DNA from: a virus
IMG/VR virus record: IMGVR_UViG_3300035162_004754
Coordinates: 1-64,000 of that record
Strand: one strand, 5' to 3'
DNA: 64,000 nucleotides
Part shown: positions 7,077 to 18,184 of the stretch, in pieces
How the letters are laid out: each line of letters begins with the position of its first letter
How positions within the stretch are numbered: position 1 is the stretch's first letter
Position numbers and translations under genes: made by a program
Notes under the pieces: model-generated
The model's database searches: none
Told to the model about the DNA's origin: nothing
The model's input: only the letters and a program-made list of their open reading frames with translations

Positions 7077-7599
7077 ACTGGAAGATGTCTACATTATTGA
7101 GAGTAAATTATTTCAAGATGATCGTGGTTTCTTTATGGAATCATTTAATCAACAACAATTTGAAAACATTATTCAATGTTCTATAGAGTTTGTACAGGAT
7201 AATCATTCAAAATCATCACAATCTGTCTTACGTGGATTGCATTATCAGGTCAAACGTCCACAAGGTAAATTAATAAGATGTATCTCTGGTTCTATTTACG
7301 ATGTTGCTGTTGATCTTAGAAAATCTTCGAAAACTTTTGGTAAGTGGATAGGTGTTACATTAAATCGACCAGAGAAACAACTATGGATCCCACCTGGATT
7401 TGCACATGGATTTCATGTAATGAGTGAAACAGCAGAAGTTACATACAAAACCACTGATTATTATGTACCAGATGATCAAGAAACTCTTGCATGGGACGAC
7501 CCTATCTTGAATATTGACTGGGTGAATATACGAGAACCCATATTGTCTGCAAAAGATAAGGTGGGAAAATCATTTGAACAGTGTCATAAGTATGACTAA
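7057..7599 (+). CDS. rmlC: dTDP-4-dehydrorhamnose 3,5-epimerase
   Basis: DDRGFFMESF, QDNHSKS, LRGLHYQ, GFAHGF; start moved to ATG 7057. Confidence 0.93.
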   Translation: MNSTATELEDVYIIESKLFQDDRGFFMESFNQQQFENIIQCSIEFVQDNHSKSSQSVLRGLHYQVKRPQGKLIRCISGSIYDVAVDLRKSSKTFGKWIGVTLNRPEKQLWIPPGFAHGFHVMSETAEVTYKTTDYYVPDDQETLAWDDPILNIDWVNIREPILSAKDKVGKSFEQCHKYD

Positions 7600-8416
7600 T
7601 TTATCTGTATTTGGAGGAACTGGATTTATTGGAGGTAAATTTTGTGAAATGTATTCTGATAAAGTTATTTTAGTCTCAAGAAACGATACAATTCCTCTTA
7701 CAAAAGACATTCTTTATTTTATTAGTACAACAACTAATCAAAATATCTTTAAAGATTTGCATGTAGATATTGATACTAATCTAACTCTATTGATGAATGT
7801 TTTATCTAATTGCAAGAAGAAGGATATAACATTTAACTTTATAAGTTCTGGTTTTGTCTATGGTAATGATGTATTATGTGCAAAAGAAAGTGATTGTTGC
7901 AATCCTACAGGGTTCTATTCGATTACTAAAAGAAGTGCAGAACAATTATTAATTTCTTATTGTAAAACATTTGATATAAAATATAGAATTTTCAGAATTG
8001 GAAATGTTTATGGATTAGATCCTACAATTACTCCAGGAAAAAATGTTCTTGGATTTATGATTGGACTTCTTAAACAAAACAAAGAAATTAAATTATTTGA
8101 AGGAGGAGATTTTCAAAAAGATTATATGTTTGTTGATGATATTTGTGGATCTATTAAATTTTTAATTGATAAATCTAACGTGAACGAAATTTATAATATC
8201 TCTACAGGATATTCTAAATCTTTTAGAGATATTATCTTAATCGCTAGAGATGTAGTTTCTAGCAAGAGTGAAATACTATCAATTCCATTTCCCAAAGATC
8301 AAGAATATATTCAAGTTAAAAATATGACACTCGATAATCATAAACTTTCCTCACTTGGTTATCTTCCGCATATGAATTTTAACGAGGGACTTCTTGAAAT
8401 GTGTAAAATATATTGA
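7592..8416 (+). CDS. NAD-dependent epimerase/dehydratase (extended SDR)
   Basis: GGTGFIG and YSITK motifs. Confidence 0.85.
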   Translation: MTNLSVFGGTGFIGGKFCEMYSDKVILVSRNDTIPLTKDILYFISTTTNQNIFKDLHVDIDTNLTLLMNVLSNCKKKDITFNFISSGFVYGNDVLCAKESDCCNPTGFYSITKRSAEQLLISYCKTFDIKYRIFRIGNVYGLDPTITPGKNVLGFMIGLLKQNKEIKLFEGGDFQKDYMFVDDICGSIKFLIDKSNVNEIYNISTGYSKSFRDIILIARDVVSSKSEILSIPFPKDQEYIQVKNMTLDNHKLSSLGYLPHMNFNEGLLEMCKIY

Positions 8417-8468
8417 CTTTCTGTTGATACTATAGTAATATATACATTAGGAATTGAAAAAAAAAATT

Positions 8469-9515
8469 ATGTCCGATTATAAAAAAACTGCACTTGTACT
8501 TGGTGCCGGTGGATTTATTGGAAGTCATATGGTAAAGAGACTTCGTTCCGAAGGATACTGGGTTCGTGGTGTAGATCTTAAACATCCTGAATTTTCTGAA
8601 ACGGAAGCGAATGAATTTATTATTGGTGATTTAAGAGATGTTATTTTTGTAAGACGATGTGCTTTGTTTAATGGATATCTTGGAAATTTCTATAAAGATA
8701 TTGCAGATAAGTTTTGCGAACCTTTTGATGAAATTTATCAGTTTGCTGCTGATATGGGTGGAGCAGGTTTTGTTTTTACTGGTGAAAATGATGCAGATAT
8801 CATGCATAACTCGGTAAGAATTAATCTTAATCTTCTAGAAGAAGTAAAAAATATTAATTATAAACATGTTGTTAATAAAACTAAAATTTTCTATTCTGGA
8901 TCGGCATGTATGTATCCAGAACATAATCAATTAGACCCTGATAATCCAGACTGTCGTGAAGAATCAGCATACCCCGCTAACCCGGACTCCGAATACGGAT
9001 GGGAAAAACTTTTTAGTGAGCGTCTCTATCTTGCCTACAATCGCAACCATGATATCCCAATTAGGATTGCTAGGTATCATAATATTTTTGGACCTGAAGG
9101 AACTTGGGACGGTGGAAGAGAGAAGGCACCAGCTGCAATCTGCCGCAAAGTTGCTAAGCTCCCGCAGTCGGGTGGACCTATCGAGGTGTGGGGAGATGGG
9201 TTACAAACTCGTTCCTTCTTGTTCATTGATGAATGCATCGAAGCAACTAGAAGACTAATGGAAAGTGACTTTATAGGTCCTGTGAACATTGGTTCTGAAG
9301 AGATGGTGACTATTAATCAACTTGTGGATATTGCTGCCGAAGTTGCAGAAAAAGAAGTTTCTAAAACTCACAAACTTGATGGACCTCTGGGTGTTCGTGG
9401 TCGCAACTCTAATAATGATTTGATACGTGAGAAGTTGGATTGGGACTATGAAATGACACTTAAAGAAGGTATTCGTTATACTTACTATTGGATTAATGGT
9501 CAAATAAACAATTAA
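8469..9515 (+). CDS. GDP-mannose 3,5-epimerase-like SDR
   Basis: GAGGFIG, FAADMGGAGF, SACMYP, YGWEK, GGREKAPAAICRK, GVRGRNS. Confidence 0.85.
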   Translation: MSDYKKTALVLGAGGFIGSHMVKRLRSEGYWVRGVDLKHPEFSETEANEFIIGDLRDVIFVRRCALFNGYLGNFYKDIADKFCEPFDEIYQFAADMGGAGFVFTGENDADIMHNSVRINLNLLEEVKNINYKHVVNKTKIFYSGSACMYPEHNQLDPDNPDCREESAYPANPDSEYGWEKLFSERLYLAYNRNHDIPIRIARYHNIFGPEGTWDGGREKAPAAICRKVAKLPQSGGPIEVWGDGLQTRSFLFIDECIEATRRLMESDFIGPVNIGSEEMVTINQLVDIAAEVAEKEVSKTHKLDGPLGVRGRNSNNDLIREKLDWDYEMTLKEGIRYTYYWINGQINN

Positions 9516-9536
9516 AATTTTTTTGTAAAAACTAGT

Positions 9537-10073
9537 ATGATTAAATTACTTATTCTTGATGTTGATGGTGTCATGACAGATGGCATAAAATATTATGACC
9601 GTGAGGGAACAGTTAAGTTAAAAACATTTTGTGATAAAGATTGGACTGCAATAAAAAGATTTCGTGCAATAGGTATTAATGTAGTATTTTTGACTGGTGA
9701 CCCATATAATATTAGTATTCTTGAGAATAGAAATCTTCATGTGATTGCTAATCGTGGAGAGGGTTTTCATAGTGATAAGAAAAATTATCTTGGAAAAATT
9801 TTGGAAGATTATAAATGTTCTGATGCAGAAACTGTATATGTTGGAGATGATCTTTTTGATATTGGAATTATGAGAAAAGTTTTTCATCCATATTGTCTTA
9901 TAGACTCTCCAAGATGTGTTAAGCAGGTTTCTAAAGTTCTGCCAGTTAAGGGTGGTGAAAATGTAGTTATGACACTATTCGACACACTTGAAATAGATGG
10001 GTTGCTTCCTTGCTTCTCTTATGATAAAGTAATAGACAAGATCTATGAACTTGACTTAAAGGAAAAATTTTAA
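9537..10073 (+). CDS. KdsC/YrbI-like HAD phosphatase
   Basis: DVDGVMTDG, YVGDDLFD, KGGE. Confidence 0.85.
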   Translation: MIKLLILDVDGVMTDGIKYYDREGTVKLKTFCDKDWTAIKRFRAIGINVVFLTGDPYNISILENRNLHVIANRGEGFHSDKKNYLGKILEDYKCSDAETVYVGDDLFDIGIMRKVFHPYCLIDSPRCVKQVSKVLPVKGGENVVMTLFDTLEIDGLLPCFSYDKVIDKIYELDLKEKF

Positions 10074-10744
10074 TGAAAGACGTTTCTCTTTACGGACATT
10101 TAACGATTGATACTATTCTTGAAGGGACTAAAGAAAAGAAAACTTTAGGATCAATGGCAAATGTATGGAAGGCATTATTAGAAATTGATTCAACTCTTGA
10201 TATTGGATTGTCTCCTATTGACATTGGACAAGCACTCATCTATATTGATAAACCTGCAGCTAAAAGATATTCTAAAGTTCAACTTAGTTTAGTTCAACAC
10301 AAAGCAAAAATTTTTTCATCTACAATTCATCATCTTATCTATTTGAATGAGATGAAACTGTATGATTTTATTCCCACTCTTGATGGAATTATTACAGCAG
10401 ATATATGTCCTGGTAAATCTGTAAATAAAAATTTACTTAAGTATATTGATTATCTTTTTATATCTGATGAAGATATTGATAGTGATTTATCAGACTACAC
10501 ATCCGAAACAAAAGGTTGGGTAATTCTTCATAGTGCATCTGGTAGTATTGTTTCTAATGGAGAAAAAGAGTTTTTTTACAAACTACCTGAAGATCTGATA
10601 CTGAAAGATGTAAATGTTTTGGGAGCAGGTGATATATTTGCTTCCTGTTTTTTATATAAATTATTAAAAGGTGAGGGAGATATTCATAATTGGATTGAAT
10701 TTGCACATTTAAAGACTACTGAAATTATTAAAAATTCTATATGA
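10073..10744 (+). CDS. PfkB-family carbohydrate kinase-like protein
   Basis: NVLGAGDIFA anion-hole motif. Confidence 0.7.
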   Translation: MKDVSLYGHLTIDTILEGTKEKKTLGSMANVWKALLEIDSTLDIGLSPIDIGQALIYIDKPAAKRYSKVQLSLVQHKAKIFSSTIHHLIYLNEMKLYDFIPTLDGIITADICPGKSVNKNLLKYIDYLFISDEDIDSDLSDYTSETKGWVILHSASGSIVSNGEKEFFYKLPEDLILKDVNVLGAGDIFASCFLYKLLKGEGDIHNWIEFAHLKTTEIIKNSI

Positions 10745-11898
10745 AACCAAATATTCTTATCCCTATGGCAGGACTTGGGAGCCGTTTTATTAAAGAGGGA
10801 TTTAAAGTTCCCAAACAACTGATCAATATCAAAGACAAACATTTGATTGACATCTCTCTAGATTGTTTAGACTATGAAGGATGCAATCTTATTTTTGTAG
10901 TTCGTGATGAAACAATTTATAATTTTCACATAGACGAACTTTTGAGAAAGAAGTTTGGTGATGATATTGAAATTGTTGTTTTAGATAAACTTACAGATGG
11001 TTCTGTTTGTAGTTGTCTTTATGCCGAAGAATATATTGATAACGATGCTCCTCTCATTATTCATACTTTAGACATTGAGTTTAGACCGGTCTTCAATCCT
11101 CATATTATGAATGAGATAGATGCTGATGGAATGCTTTTGACATTCAAATCAAACTCTATAAACTATAGTTATGCTGATGTGGGTGATGATGGGTATGTAA
11201 AGAAAACTGCTGAAAAGAAAGCAATTAGTAGTAATGCCTGTGTTGGTATATACGGATTCAAGAAAGGTTCTGATTTTTGTAAATATGCACGAGATATGAT
11301 TGATCGTGATCTTAGAACAAAAAATGAATTTTATATTTCACCACTGTATAATCTTTTGATTGATGATGGTAAGAAAATTCTTACTCAATCTGTAGATAAG
11401 ATGCATATTTTTGGAACTCCTGATGAGTTTCATTTTTATAAAAACAATGTTATTCGTCGCATTGGTGATAAACCCATTGCCATTTGTTCTGATCATTCTG
11501 GATTTGAAGCAAAAGAAATTTTTAAACAGATTTTAAATAAGCACAGTCTTGAATACATTGACTTTGGAACTATTCTGAATAAGGATTGTGATTATCGTGA
11601 TTATATTGCTCAGGCAGTTAAGTCAATTGGAGAGAGGGATTGTGACTATGGATTTGGATTCTGTCGTACAGGGCAAGGTATCAATATTTGTGCGAACAAG
11701 TATAAAGGTATTAGATCTGCTTTGATTTATAATGAGTTTGCAATGGAGATGTCAATCAGACATAATTGTGCTAACTTTTTTGCTATTCCCTCAAGAGATA
11801 TTGATTACAATACTTTAGACAAATATCTAGAGATTTGTTCAAACAATACTTTTGACGGTGGTCGTCATCAGATTCGTATTCAGGAGTTAGAAAAATGA
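10741..11898 (+). CDS. Sugar nucleotidyltransferase fused to an RpiB/LacAB isomerase domain
   Basis: N-terminal PMAGLGSRF...PKQLI and NEFYISP; C-terminal SDHSG, CRTGQG, ANKYKGIRSA, FDGGRH. Confidence 0.88.
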   Translation: MKPNILIPMAGLGSRFIKEGFKVPKQLINIKDKHLIDISLDCLDYEGCNLIFVVRDETIYNFHIDELLRKKFGDDIEIVVLDKLTDGSVCSCLYAEEYIDNDAPLIIHTLDIEFRPVFNPHIMNEIDADGMLLTFKSNSINYSYADVGDDGYVKKTAEKKAISSNACVGIYGFKKGSDFCKYARDMIDRDLRTKNEFYISPLYNLLIDDGKKILTQSVDKMHIFGTPDEFHFYKNNVIRRIGDKPIAICSDHSGFEAKEIFKQILNKHSLEYIDFGTILNKDCDYRDYIAQAVKSIGERDCDYGFGFCRTGQGINICANKYKGIRSALIYNEFAMEMSIRHNCANFFAIPSRDIDYNTLDKYLEICSNNTFDGGRHQIRIQELEK

Positions 11899-12218
11899 TT
11901 GAATCTAATATTAAAGATTATAGGGGAGGATGGTTTGTTGGTGATTTTAATCCATCTTTATTTAAAAATCCATTCTTCGAAGTAGGACATCATAACCATA
12001 AAAAAGGATGTGAAACATTTCCACATACTCACAAGGTTACAACTGAGTTAAATTATATTGTATCTGGAGAACTTAAAGTAAATGGTAAACTTATGAGTGC
12101 CGGAGACATGTGGATTTATGAACCCAATGAAGTTTCCAATGTGGAATTTCTTGAAGATTCTGACCTGATTGTTGTGAGATGGCCATCCATTCCTTCAGAT
12201 AAATATTCAGTTAATTGA
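11895..12218 (+). CDS. Cupin-domain protein
   Basis: GWFVGDF, HTHKVTTE. Confidence 0.75.
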   Translation: MIESNIKDYRGGWFVGDFNPSLFKNPFFEVGHHNHKKGCETFPHTHKVTTELNYIVSGELKVNGKLMSAGDMWIYEPNEVSNVEFLEDSDLIVVRWPSIPSDKYSVN

Positions 12219-12259
12219 GGTATAATTTATGTTTATTATTTCTTGGAGTACTATAGGGG

Positions 12260-12733
12260 ATGAAACTGATAGCACATCGTGGTAACATTGATGGTCCGAA
12301 TTTATTAAATGAAAATAATCCTGAACATATTGACAATATAATCCTACAAGGTTATGATGTTGAAATTGATATTAGATTTGATGATGACACTGAAAAATTT
12401 TTTCTTGGGCATGACTATTCAAAATATCTAGTTAATTGGTCTTGGTTACATAAACATAAAGAAAAATTGTGGATTCATTGTAAAAATATTGAGGCACTCT
12501 ATCAATTTTCTTCTAATCTTGATGGTTATAATTATTTTTGGCATGATAAAGATTCATACACTATGACTAGTAAAAAATATATTTGGTCTTATCCAGGAGA
12601 AAAATATAATTCCAAATCTATTATAGTGATGCCTGAGTTAAATTTATTTGAGTTTATTAATTGTGGATATATAGTTATGAAGCATTACAATTGTTTTGGT
12701 ATTTGTAGTGATTATGTGGGTAAAATTAAATGA
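12260..12733 (+). CDS. Glycerophosphodiester phosphodiesterase-like protein
   Basis: IAHRGN, EN, DVEID, LGHD, GICSD. Confidence 0.75.
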   Translation: MKLIAHRGNIDGPNLLNENNPEHIDNIILQGYDVEIDIRFDDDTEKFFLGHDYSKYLVNWSWLHKHKEKLWIHCKNIEALYQFSSNLDGYNYFWHDKDSYTMTSKKYIWSYPGEKYNSKSIIVMPELNLFEFINCGYIVMKHYNCFGICSDYVGKIK

Positions 12734-13428
12734 CTTGTGTAAATGATTCTGCTTTTGTAGAACTTAAGAATAATTATGCCAATATTAATGTTGTTGATGT
12801 AGGAGCCGCAAGAGCATCATTTTTAGTTGAGTTAGAAAAAATTTTTAATTTAAATGATGTTTATGCTATAGGAATTGATCCTTTTGATCATAATGTTAAA
12901 GATCATTATGATAAATTTTTTCAGATATGTGTTGACAATGTAGATTCTCCTACAAAGAAAAAATTCTTTGTAAATTCTGATGATCAAACTAGTTCTCTTT
13001 GTAAATTGCAACCAGAGAATTTTTCCTCAAATTTGAATGATAAAGATAAATTTTATTATTCTCAAACAATTATTAATAAGATAACAAAAATTAAAGAAGT
13101 TGTCGAAGTTGATGTTTTAAATTTAAATTCTATTATTGAAGAAGAACTTCCAGAAGGAATAGTTCATTTTATAAAAATTGATACTGAGGGTAAGGACTTA
13201 GATATTATAAAATCTTTATCTGATGATACTTTAAATAGAACAAAATTTATATGTATCGAATGTCCTAATTTTATTTCTAGATTTGAAGGTGAGTCTAACA
13301 GAAAAGAATGTATAGATTATTTTGAATCTAAAAATTTTGAAGTATTTAATTTTATGAATTATGAGGAAGATCCTACTAATAGACAACCTATGAGTGATAT
13401 AGTTTTTGTTAATGGGAAAGATATATGA
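12730..13428 (+). CDS. FkbM-family methyltransferase
   Basis: VDVGA and IKIDTEG motifs. Confidence 0.8.
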   Translation: MTCVNDSAFVELKNNYANINVVDVGAARASFLVELEKIFNLNDVYAIGIDPFDHNVKDHYDKFFQICVDNVDSPTKKKFFVNSDDQTSSLCKLQPENFSSNLNDKDKFYYSQTIINKITKIKEVVEVDVLNLNSIIEEELPEGIVHFIKIDTEGKDLDIIKSLSDDTLNRTKFICIECPNFISRFEGESNRKECIDYFESKNFEVFNFMNYEEDPTNRQPMSDIVFVNGKDI

Positions 13429-14168
13429 AAATTGCATTATGTTTATCTGGACAACCAAGAGTTGTTGATGTTGGATTTTCTAAATTAAGTCAATCAATTC
13501 TTCAGCACAATAGTGATGTTGATGTTTTTATTCATACCTGGTTTGATGAAGAAAATCTTAGTACTAATTCTATAATACCCGGTAGAGAAAGCCATAGATT
13601 AGATCCAAATGCTATCAATAAATTAATTCAATATTATAGTCCTAAAAGAATAATGGTTGAGAAACCAAAAAAGTGGACAAGAAAATATGAATTTCCTGAT
13701 AAAGTTTTTACTCATGCACATACTTGGGCTTTAGAAGTTCCTTCTGGTTTGGAAGTTGCAAAAAAATATATTTGTGATACTACCAATAGTATGTTTTATA
13801 GTATTATGATGTCAAATCTTTTGAAGGAGCAGTATTCTGTTGAGAATAGTATAGAATATGATCTTGTTATTCGTAACCGTATTGATTATTCTCCCCATGT
13901 TGTGCTACAATTAGAGAACATCGTGATAAATGATGATGACCTCATGTATCAAGATTTATATCAACCTGATGGTATGATTAGTGATTGGTTTGCTATGGGA
14001 TCTTCTAATGCTATTAATACATTTTGTGGAGTTTACAATCAAATCGGACAATTAATTAAACAATCAAATGAAGTTGATGGTTATTGGTGTAATGAACTTT
14101 TATTAAAACATCATATTTCAAATAACAATATTAAAGTAAAACCTATTGACTTTCAAGTACACTATTAA
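13425..14168 (+). CDS. Hypothetical glycan-biosynthesis protein
   Basis: MKIALCLSGQPR, DVFIHTW, YDLVIRNRID: family typical of polysaccharide loci. Confidence 0.65.
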   Translation: MKIALCLSGQPRVVDVGFSKLSQSILQHNSDVDVFIHTWFDEENLSTNSIIPGRESHRLDPNAINKLIQYYSPKRIMVEKPKKWTRKYEFPDKVFTHAHTWALEVPSGLEVAKKYICDTTNSMFYSIMMSNLLKEQYSVENSIEYDLVIRNRIDYSPHVVLQLENIVINDDDLMYQDLYQPDGMISDWFAMGSSNAINTFCGVYNQIGQLIKQSNEVDGYWCNELLLKHHISNNNIKVKPIDFQVHY

Positions 14169-14174
14169 ATTGAT

Positions 14175-15200
14175 ATGAAAACAGCACTTATCACCGGAAT
14201 TACAGGACAAGACGGTTCTTATCTTACTGAATTTTTGTTGGATAAAGGATACCGTATTCATGGTATTATTAGAAGAAACTCTACATCTGATGGTACAGAT
14301 CGTATTAATTATCTTTTGAATAATCCTTACATTACTCTTCATTATGGGGATATGACAGATTTTTCTAATCTTACATCAATTATTCAGGAAACTAGACCTG
14401 ATGAAATTTATAATCTGGCAGCACAGAGTCATGTTAAAGTTTCATTTTCCAGTTCTCTCTATACTTCAGATGTAGATGCATTAGGAGTTACCAGACTTTT
14501 GGAGGCATTGAGAATTCTTGGAATGATTAATACCACAAAATTTTATCAGGCAAGTACGTCTGAGATGTATGGTAAAGTTCAGTCTATTCCTCAAAGAGAA
14601 AGCACTAAATTTCATCCACGTTCTCCATATGGAGTAGCAAAATTATATGCACATTGGATTCTTAAAAATTATAGAGAAGCATATGGTCTCTTTGGGTGTA
14701 GTGGAATTCTTTTTAATCATGAAAGTCCAAGACGTGGAGAAAATTTTGTAACACGCAAAACTACGAAGGTTCTTTCGGAAATTAAAAATGGTAAGAGATC
14801 TGCTCCTTTAGAGTTGGGAAATTTAGATGCTAAAAGAGACTGGGGTCATGCTAAAGATTATGTTGAGGCAATGTGGTTAATGCTGCAACAAGAGCATCCT
14901 AATGATTATGTTGTATCTACAGGGGAACAGCATTCAGTGCGTGAGTTTGTAAGTATTGCATGTGAACATATTGGATTTGATATTGAATGGAGTGGAACTG
15001 GAATAGATGAAGTGGCAACTATCAAAGAAACTGGTGAAGTTCTTGTAAGAGTCAATCCAGATTATTATCGTCCTACCGAAGTTGATTCTTTAGTCGGTGA
15101 TCCAACTTTCGTTAAAAACGAAATTGGATGGAAACCCAAGTATTCTTTTGCAGATCTTGTAAAAGAAATGTGTGATAGTGATATGGAGGCATCTAAATGA
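14175..15200 (+). CDS. gmd: GDP-mannose 4,6-dehydratase
   Basis: [42 protein letters not shown]. Confidence 0.95.
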   Translation: MKTALITGITGQDGSYLTEFLLDKGYRIHGIIRRNSTSDGTDRINYLLNNPYITLHYGDMTDFSNLTSIIQETRPDEIYNLAAQSHVKVSFSSSLYTSDVDALGVTRLLEALRILGMINTTKFYQASTSEMYGKVQSIPQRESTKFHPRSPYGVAKLYAHWILKNYREAYGLFGCSGILFNHESPRRGENFVTRKTTKVLSEIKNGKRSAPLELGNLDAKRDWGHAKDYVEAMWLMLQQEHPNDYVVSTGEQHSVREFVSIACEHIGFDIEWSGTGIDEVATIKETGEVLVRVNPDYYRPTEVDSLVGDPTFVKNEIGWKPKYSFADLVKEMCDSDMEASK

Positions 15201-16126
15201 AAAGAAAAATTATTTTTTGGGTAGAAAATAAACCATATCAAACATTTTCATACATTTATGCTGGTATGAAAAGAGCTTTTGAAAAATTGGGATGTGAAAC
15301 ATATTGGTTTAGTGATCAATCTTTTCCCTCTGCTTCAGAATTTGATTATAGTAACTGTATCTTTTTTATTGATAATCAAGGTCCTCTTGATTGGAATGTT
15401 CCTATTATAGATAGTGGAATTTATTTTGCTTATGATAAATTTACTAATGTTAATAAGTATCTGGATAAAGTTAAGTGCTTAATTAATTATCGTGTAGCAG
15501 AATTTAAACATCCTATTTTGGATAATGATAGATATGTTGAAATTGAAAAGGGAGTTATATTTGATACACAAACACCCGAACCATACAATGTAGTTCACTT
15601 TCATTATGCAACTAACTTACTTCCGGAAGAAATTGATTTGAATTGGGCAAAGAAAAATAGGAATAATGAGTACAATTTTGTGGGTACTATTCATGATCCC
15701 AGACCTAATTGTGAACCAATTCATCAGCAATTTATTGAGATTGTAAAAGAGAAACAAATTCCTTTTAATCATTACAATCCAAATATTAATCCAGTAACGG
15801 ATGAAGAACATGTTAAAATTCTTCAAGACTCAATGTTTGTCCCAGATTTTAGACCTGCAGAACAAAAAGTTCAACGTTATGTTGCTGATAGAATTATGAA
15901 AGCAATTAGTTACGGTTGTCTTGTAGTTTCTGATTGTCATTATGCAAAAGATTTTATTGATAAAGATCTTTTAACTTCTGAAAATGCACAAGAAATTTTT
16001 GATTTGGGTATGGAAAATCAAAATAACATAGAATTAATTTCTCATTTAATGGAGATTGTTAAAAGAGATCATACGTATATGAACAGATGCAAAGGAATTT
16101 TAAGTATTGTTGAGGAGGTTGAGTAA
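15197..16126 (+). CDS. Putative glycosyltransferase (GT-B-like)
   Basis: Context; [16 protein letters not shown] and HTYMNR C-terminal pattern. Confidence 0.55.
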   Translation: MKRKIIFWVENKPYQTFSYIYAGMKRAFEKLGCETYWFSDQSFPSASEFDYSNCIFFIDNQGPLDWNVPIIDSGIYFAYDKFTNVNKYLDKVKCLINYRVAEFKHPILDNDRYVEIEKGVIFDTQTPEPYNVVHFHYATNLLPEEIDLNWAKKNRNNEYNFVGTIHDPRPNCEPIHQQFIEIVKEKQIPFNHYNPNINPVTDEEHVKILQDSMFVPDFRPAEQKVQRYVADRIMKAISYGCLVVSDCHYAKDFIDKDLLTSENAQEIFDLGMENQNNIELISHLMEIVKRDHTYMNRCKGILSIVEEVE

Positions 16127-17361
16127 TGTCTAGGTATGTTGAAATTGAATCCTGTAGGGTAAGTAAAAAAAATGATTTAGTATCTTTTTTAAATCTTGGA
16201 AGTCAAAAACTAACAGGTGTCTTTCCAAGGCCAAATGAAGAAATTGATAGTGGACCTTTGGAATTGGTTTGGAGTCCATCTAGTAATCTTGTACAATTAA
16301 AGCATACTTTTGAACCTACGGAAATGTATGGGGATAACTATGGGTATCGTTCTGGATTGAATAATTCAATGGTTCAACACCTTACTAGTAAGGCAAATTA
16401 TCTTATTGAACTTTCTAATCTTGAACCTGGAGATGTTGTTGTTGATATTGGATCAAATGATTGCACAACTCTTAAATCATTTCCCAACTACACAAAAAGA
16501 ATTGGTATTGATCCTACTATAAAAAAGTTTTCTCAATATTATCCTGAAGAAATTCCCTATATTGCAGATTTTTTCTCGAAGGAATCTTATCGTTCTGTTG
16601 AAAAAGATAAGAATGCAAAACTCGTAATGTCTATTGCATGTTTTTATGATCTTGATGATCCTGTCACATTTGTAAAAGACATTCGTTCTATTCTTACTGA
16701 TGATGGAATGTGGCATTTTGAACAAGCGTATTTGCCATCAACTCTTAGATCTAGTTCTTATGATACAGCATGTCATGAACATATTGAATATTACTCAATG
16801 CTTTCTGTTCAAAATATTCTTGAACGGGCAGGGATGAAAATTGTTGATGTCACTCTTAATGACATTAATGGTGGTAGTTTTGCTGTAACTGCATGTAAAG
16901 ATACTAATACTTCAATTAAAGTAAATGATGCAGTAATTAATTGGTTGATTGATGAAGAGTATAAAATGGGTCTTCATACAATTAAACCTTATTATGACTT
17001 TGCTCAGAGAGCATATGATCATCGTGATTCGATTGTAAATCTTGTTAGGTCTCTTCGTGCTGATGGTAAAACCATTTATGGATACGGTGCCTCAACTAAA
17101 GGTAATGTTCTTCTTCAGTGGTGTGGATTTACTTCTGATGATATTACTGCTGTTGGTGAAGTTAATAGTGATAAGTTTGGTTGTGTAACTCCGGGAACTG
17201 ATATACCTATCATCTCTGAGGAGGAAGTTAAAGCATCCAATCCAGATTATATGATTGTGTTACCGTGGCACTTTAAAAATGGTATAATCCAAAGAGAAAA
17301 AGATTTCATGAAATCTGGAGGTAATTTTATTTTTCCTCTCCCATACATTCAAATTATTTGA
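16126..17361 (+). CDS. NDP-hexose C-methyltransferase family protein
   Basis: VDIGSNDC, HEHIEYYS, NGGS, YGASTKGNVLL, PGTDIPI, LPWHF. Confidence 0.85.
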   Translation: MSRYVEIESCRVSKKNDLVSFLNLGSQKLTGVFPRPNEEIDSGPLELVWSPSSNLVQLKHTFEPTEMYGDNYGYRSGLNNSMVQHLTSKANYLIELSNLEPGDVVVDIGSNDCTTLKSFPNYTKRIGIDPTIKKFSQYYPEEIPYIADFFSKESYRSVEKDKNAKLVMSIACFYDLDDPVTFVKDIRSILTDDGMWHFEQAYLPSTLRSSSYDTACHEHIEYYSMLSVQNILERAGMKIVDVTLNDINGGSFAVTACKDTNTSIKVNDAVINWLIDEEYKMGLHTIKPYYDFAQRAYDHRDSIVNLVRSLRADGKTIYGYGASTKGNVLLQWCGFTSDDITAVGEVNSDKFGCVTPGTDIPIISEEEVKASNPDYMIVLPWHFKNGIIQREKDFMKSGGNFIFPLPYIQII

Positions 17362-17410
17362 CAAATAATTTAAACAGTGGTAGTATAAATTATAAAGTAT
17401 TGGTAAATTT

Positions 17411-18184
17411 ATGAGTGTCAATGTTTACTACCATATTTGGTCTCCTCCAGACACCGACATGTGGAAGTTAATGGTTGATGAACAAATTAAAAGATTGTAT
17501 CGTTCGGGTTTGTCTGAAATAGCAAATATAAAATGTGCTATTAATGGAAAACAAGCATCGAGAATTAAAGAATTTGTTTCTCTTTACGATTGGATTGAAA
17601 TTTTAGAGTGTAAAGATAGTGATGATCAATATGAAGGATTTACTCTTAAATATCTTTATGAAGATTGTGTAAATCAGAAAGTTGATAAAGTGATGTACTT
17701 TCATACAAAGGGTATGAGTCATCTTTCTGGAGCAAGAGATGTATATTCTGATCGTAGATTTCGAGCAATAAATAGTTGGAGACACCTCATGGAATGGGGT
17801 TGTATCGATAAATGGAATGTAAACTTACATAAGTTAAATGCCTGTCAAGTTTCAGGAGTTAACTATTGCTTGGATCCATGGCCACACATGAGTGGTAATT
17901 TTTGGTGGGCAAGAGCAGATTATATATCAACTCTTCAGCATCCAACTAAACAAGCATTTCAGAGAACAGCAGAAGACTTTGGTCCAATTGAAAGGATGAA
18001 TTTTGAGAAATGGATTGGTATGAAAAATCCATCTGTTTATAGTTTTTACGATCCACCATTCAGTTATGATTTTAAGAATCTTGTTCCTGACATTCAACCT
18101 ACTCCTCCAGGTGAGCCATATTGGTTCTGGTTATATCGAGATGATATCCACCCACATTATTTAAAATATTTAAAAGAAGTATGA
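17411..18184 (+). CDS. Putative glycosyltransferase
   Basis: YEGFTL, YFHTKG, HMSGNFWWA family motifs; context. Confidence 0.55.
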   Translation: MSVNVYYHIWSPPDTDMWKLMVDEQIKRLYRSGLSEIANIKCAINGKQASRIKEFVSLYDWIEILECKDSDDQYEGFTLKYLYEDCVNQKVDKVMYFHTKGMSHLSGARDVYSDRRFRAINSWRHLMEWGCIDKWNVNLHKLNACQVSGVNYCLDPWPHMSGNFWWARADYISTLQHPTKQAFQRTAEDFGPIERMNFEKWIGMKNPSVYSFYDPPFSYDFKNLVPDIQPTPPGEPYWFWLYRDDIHPHYLKYLKEV

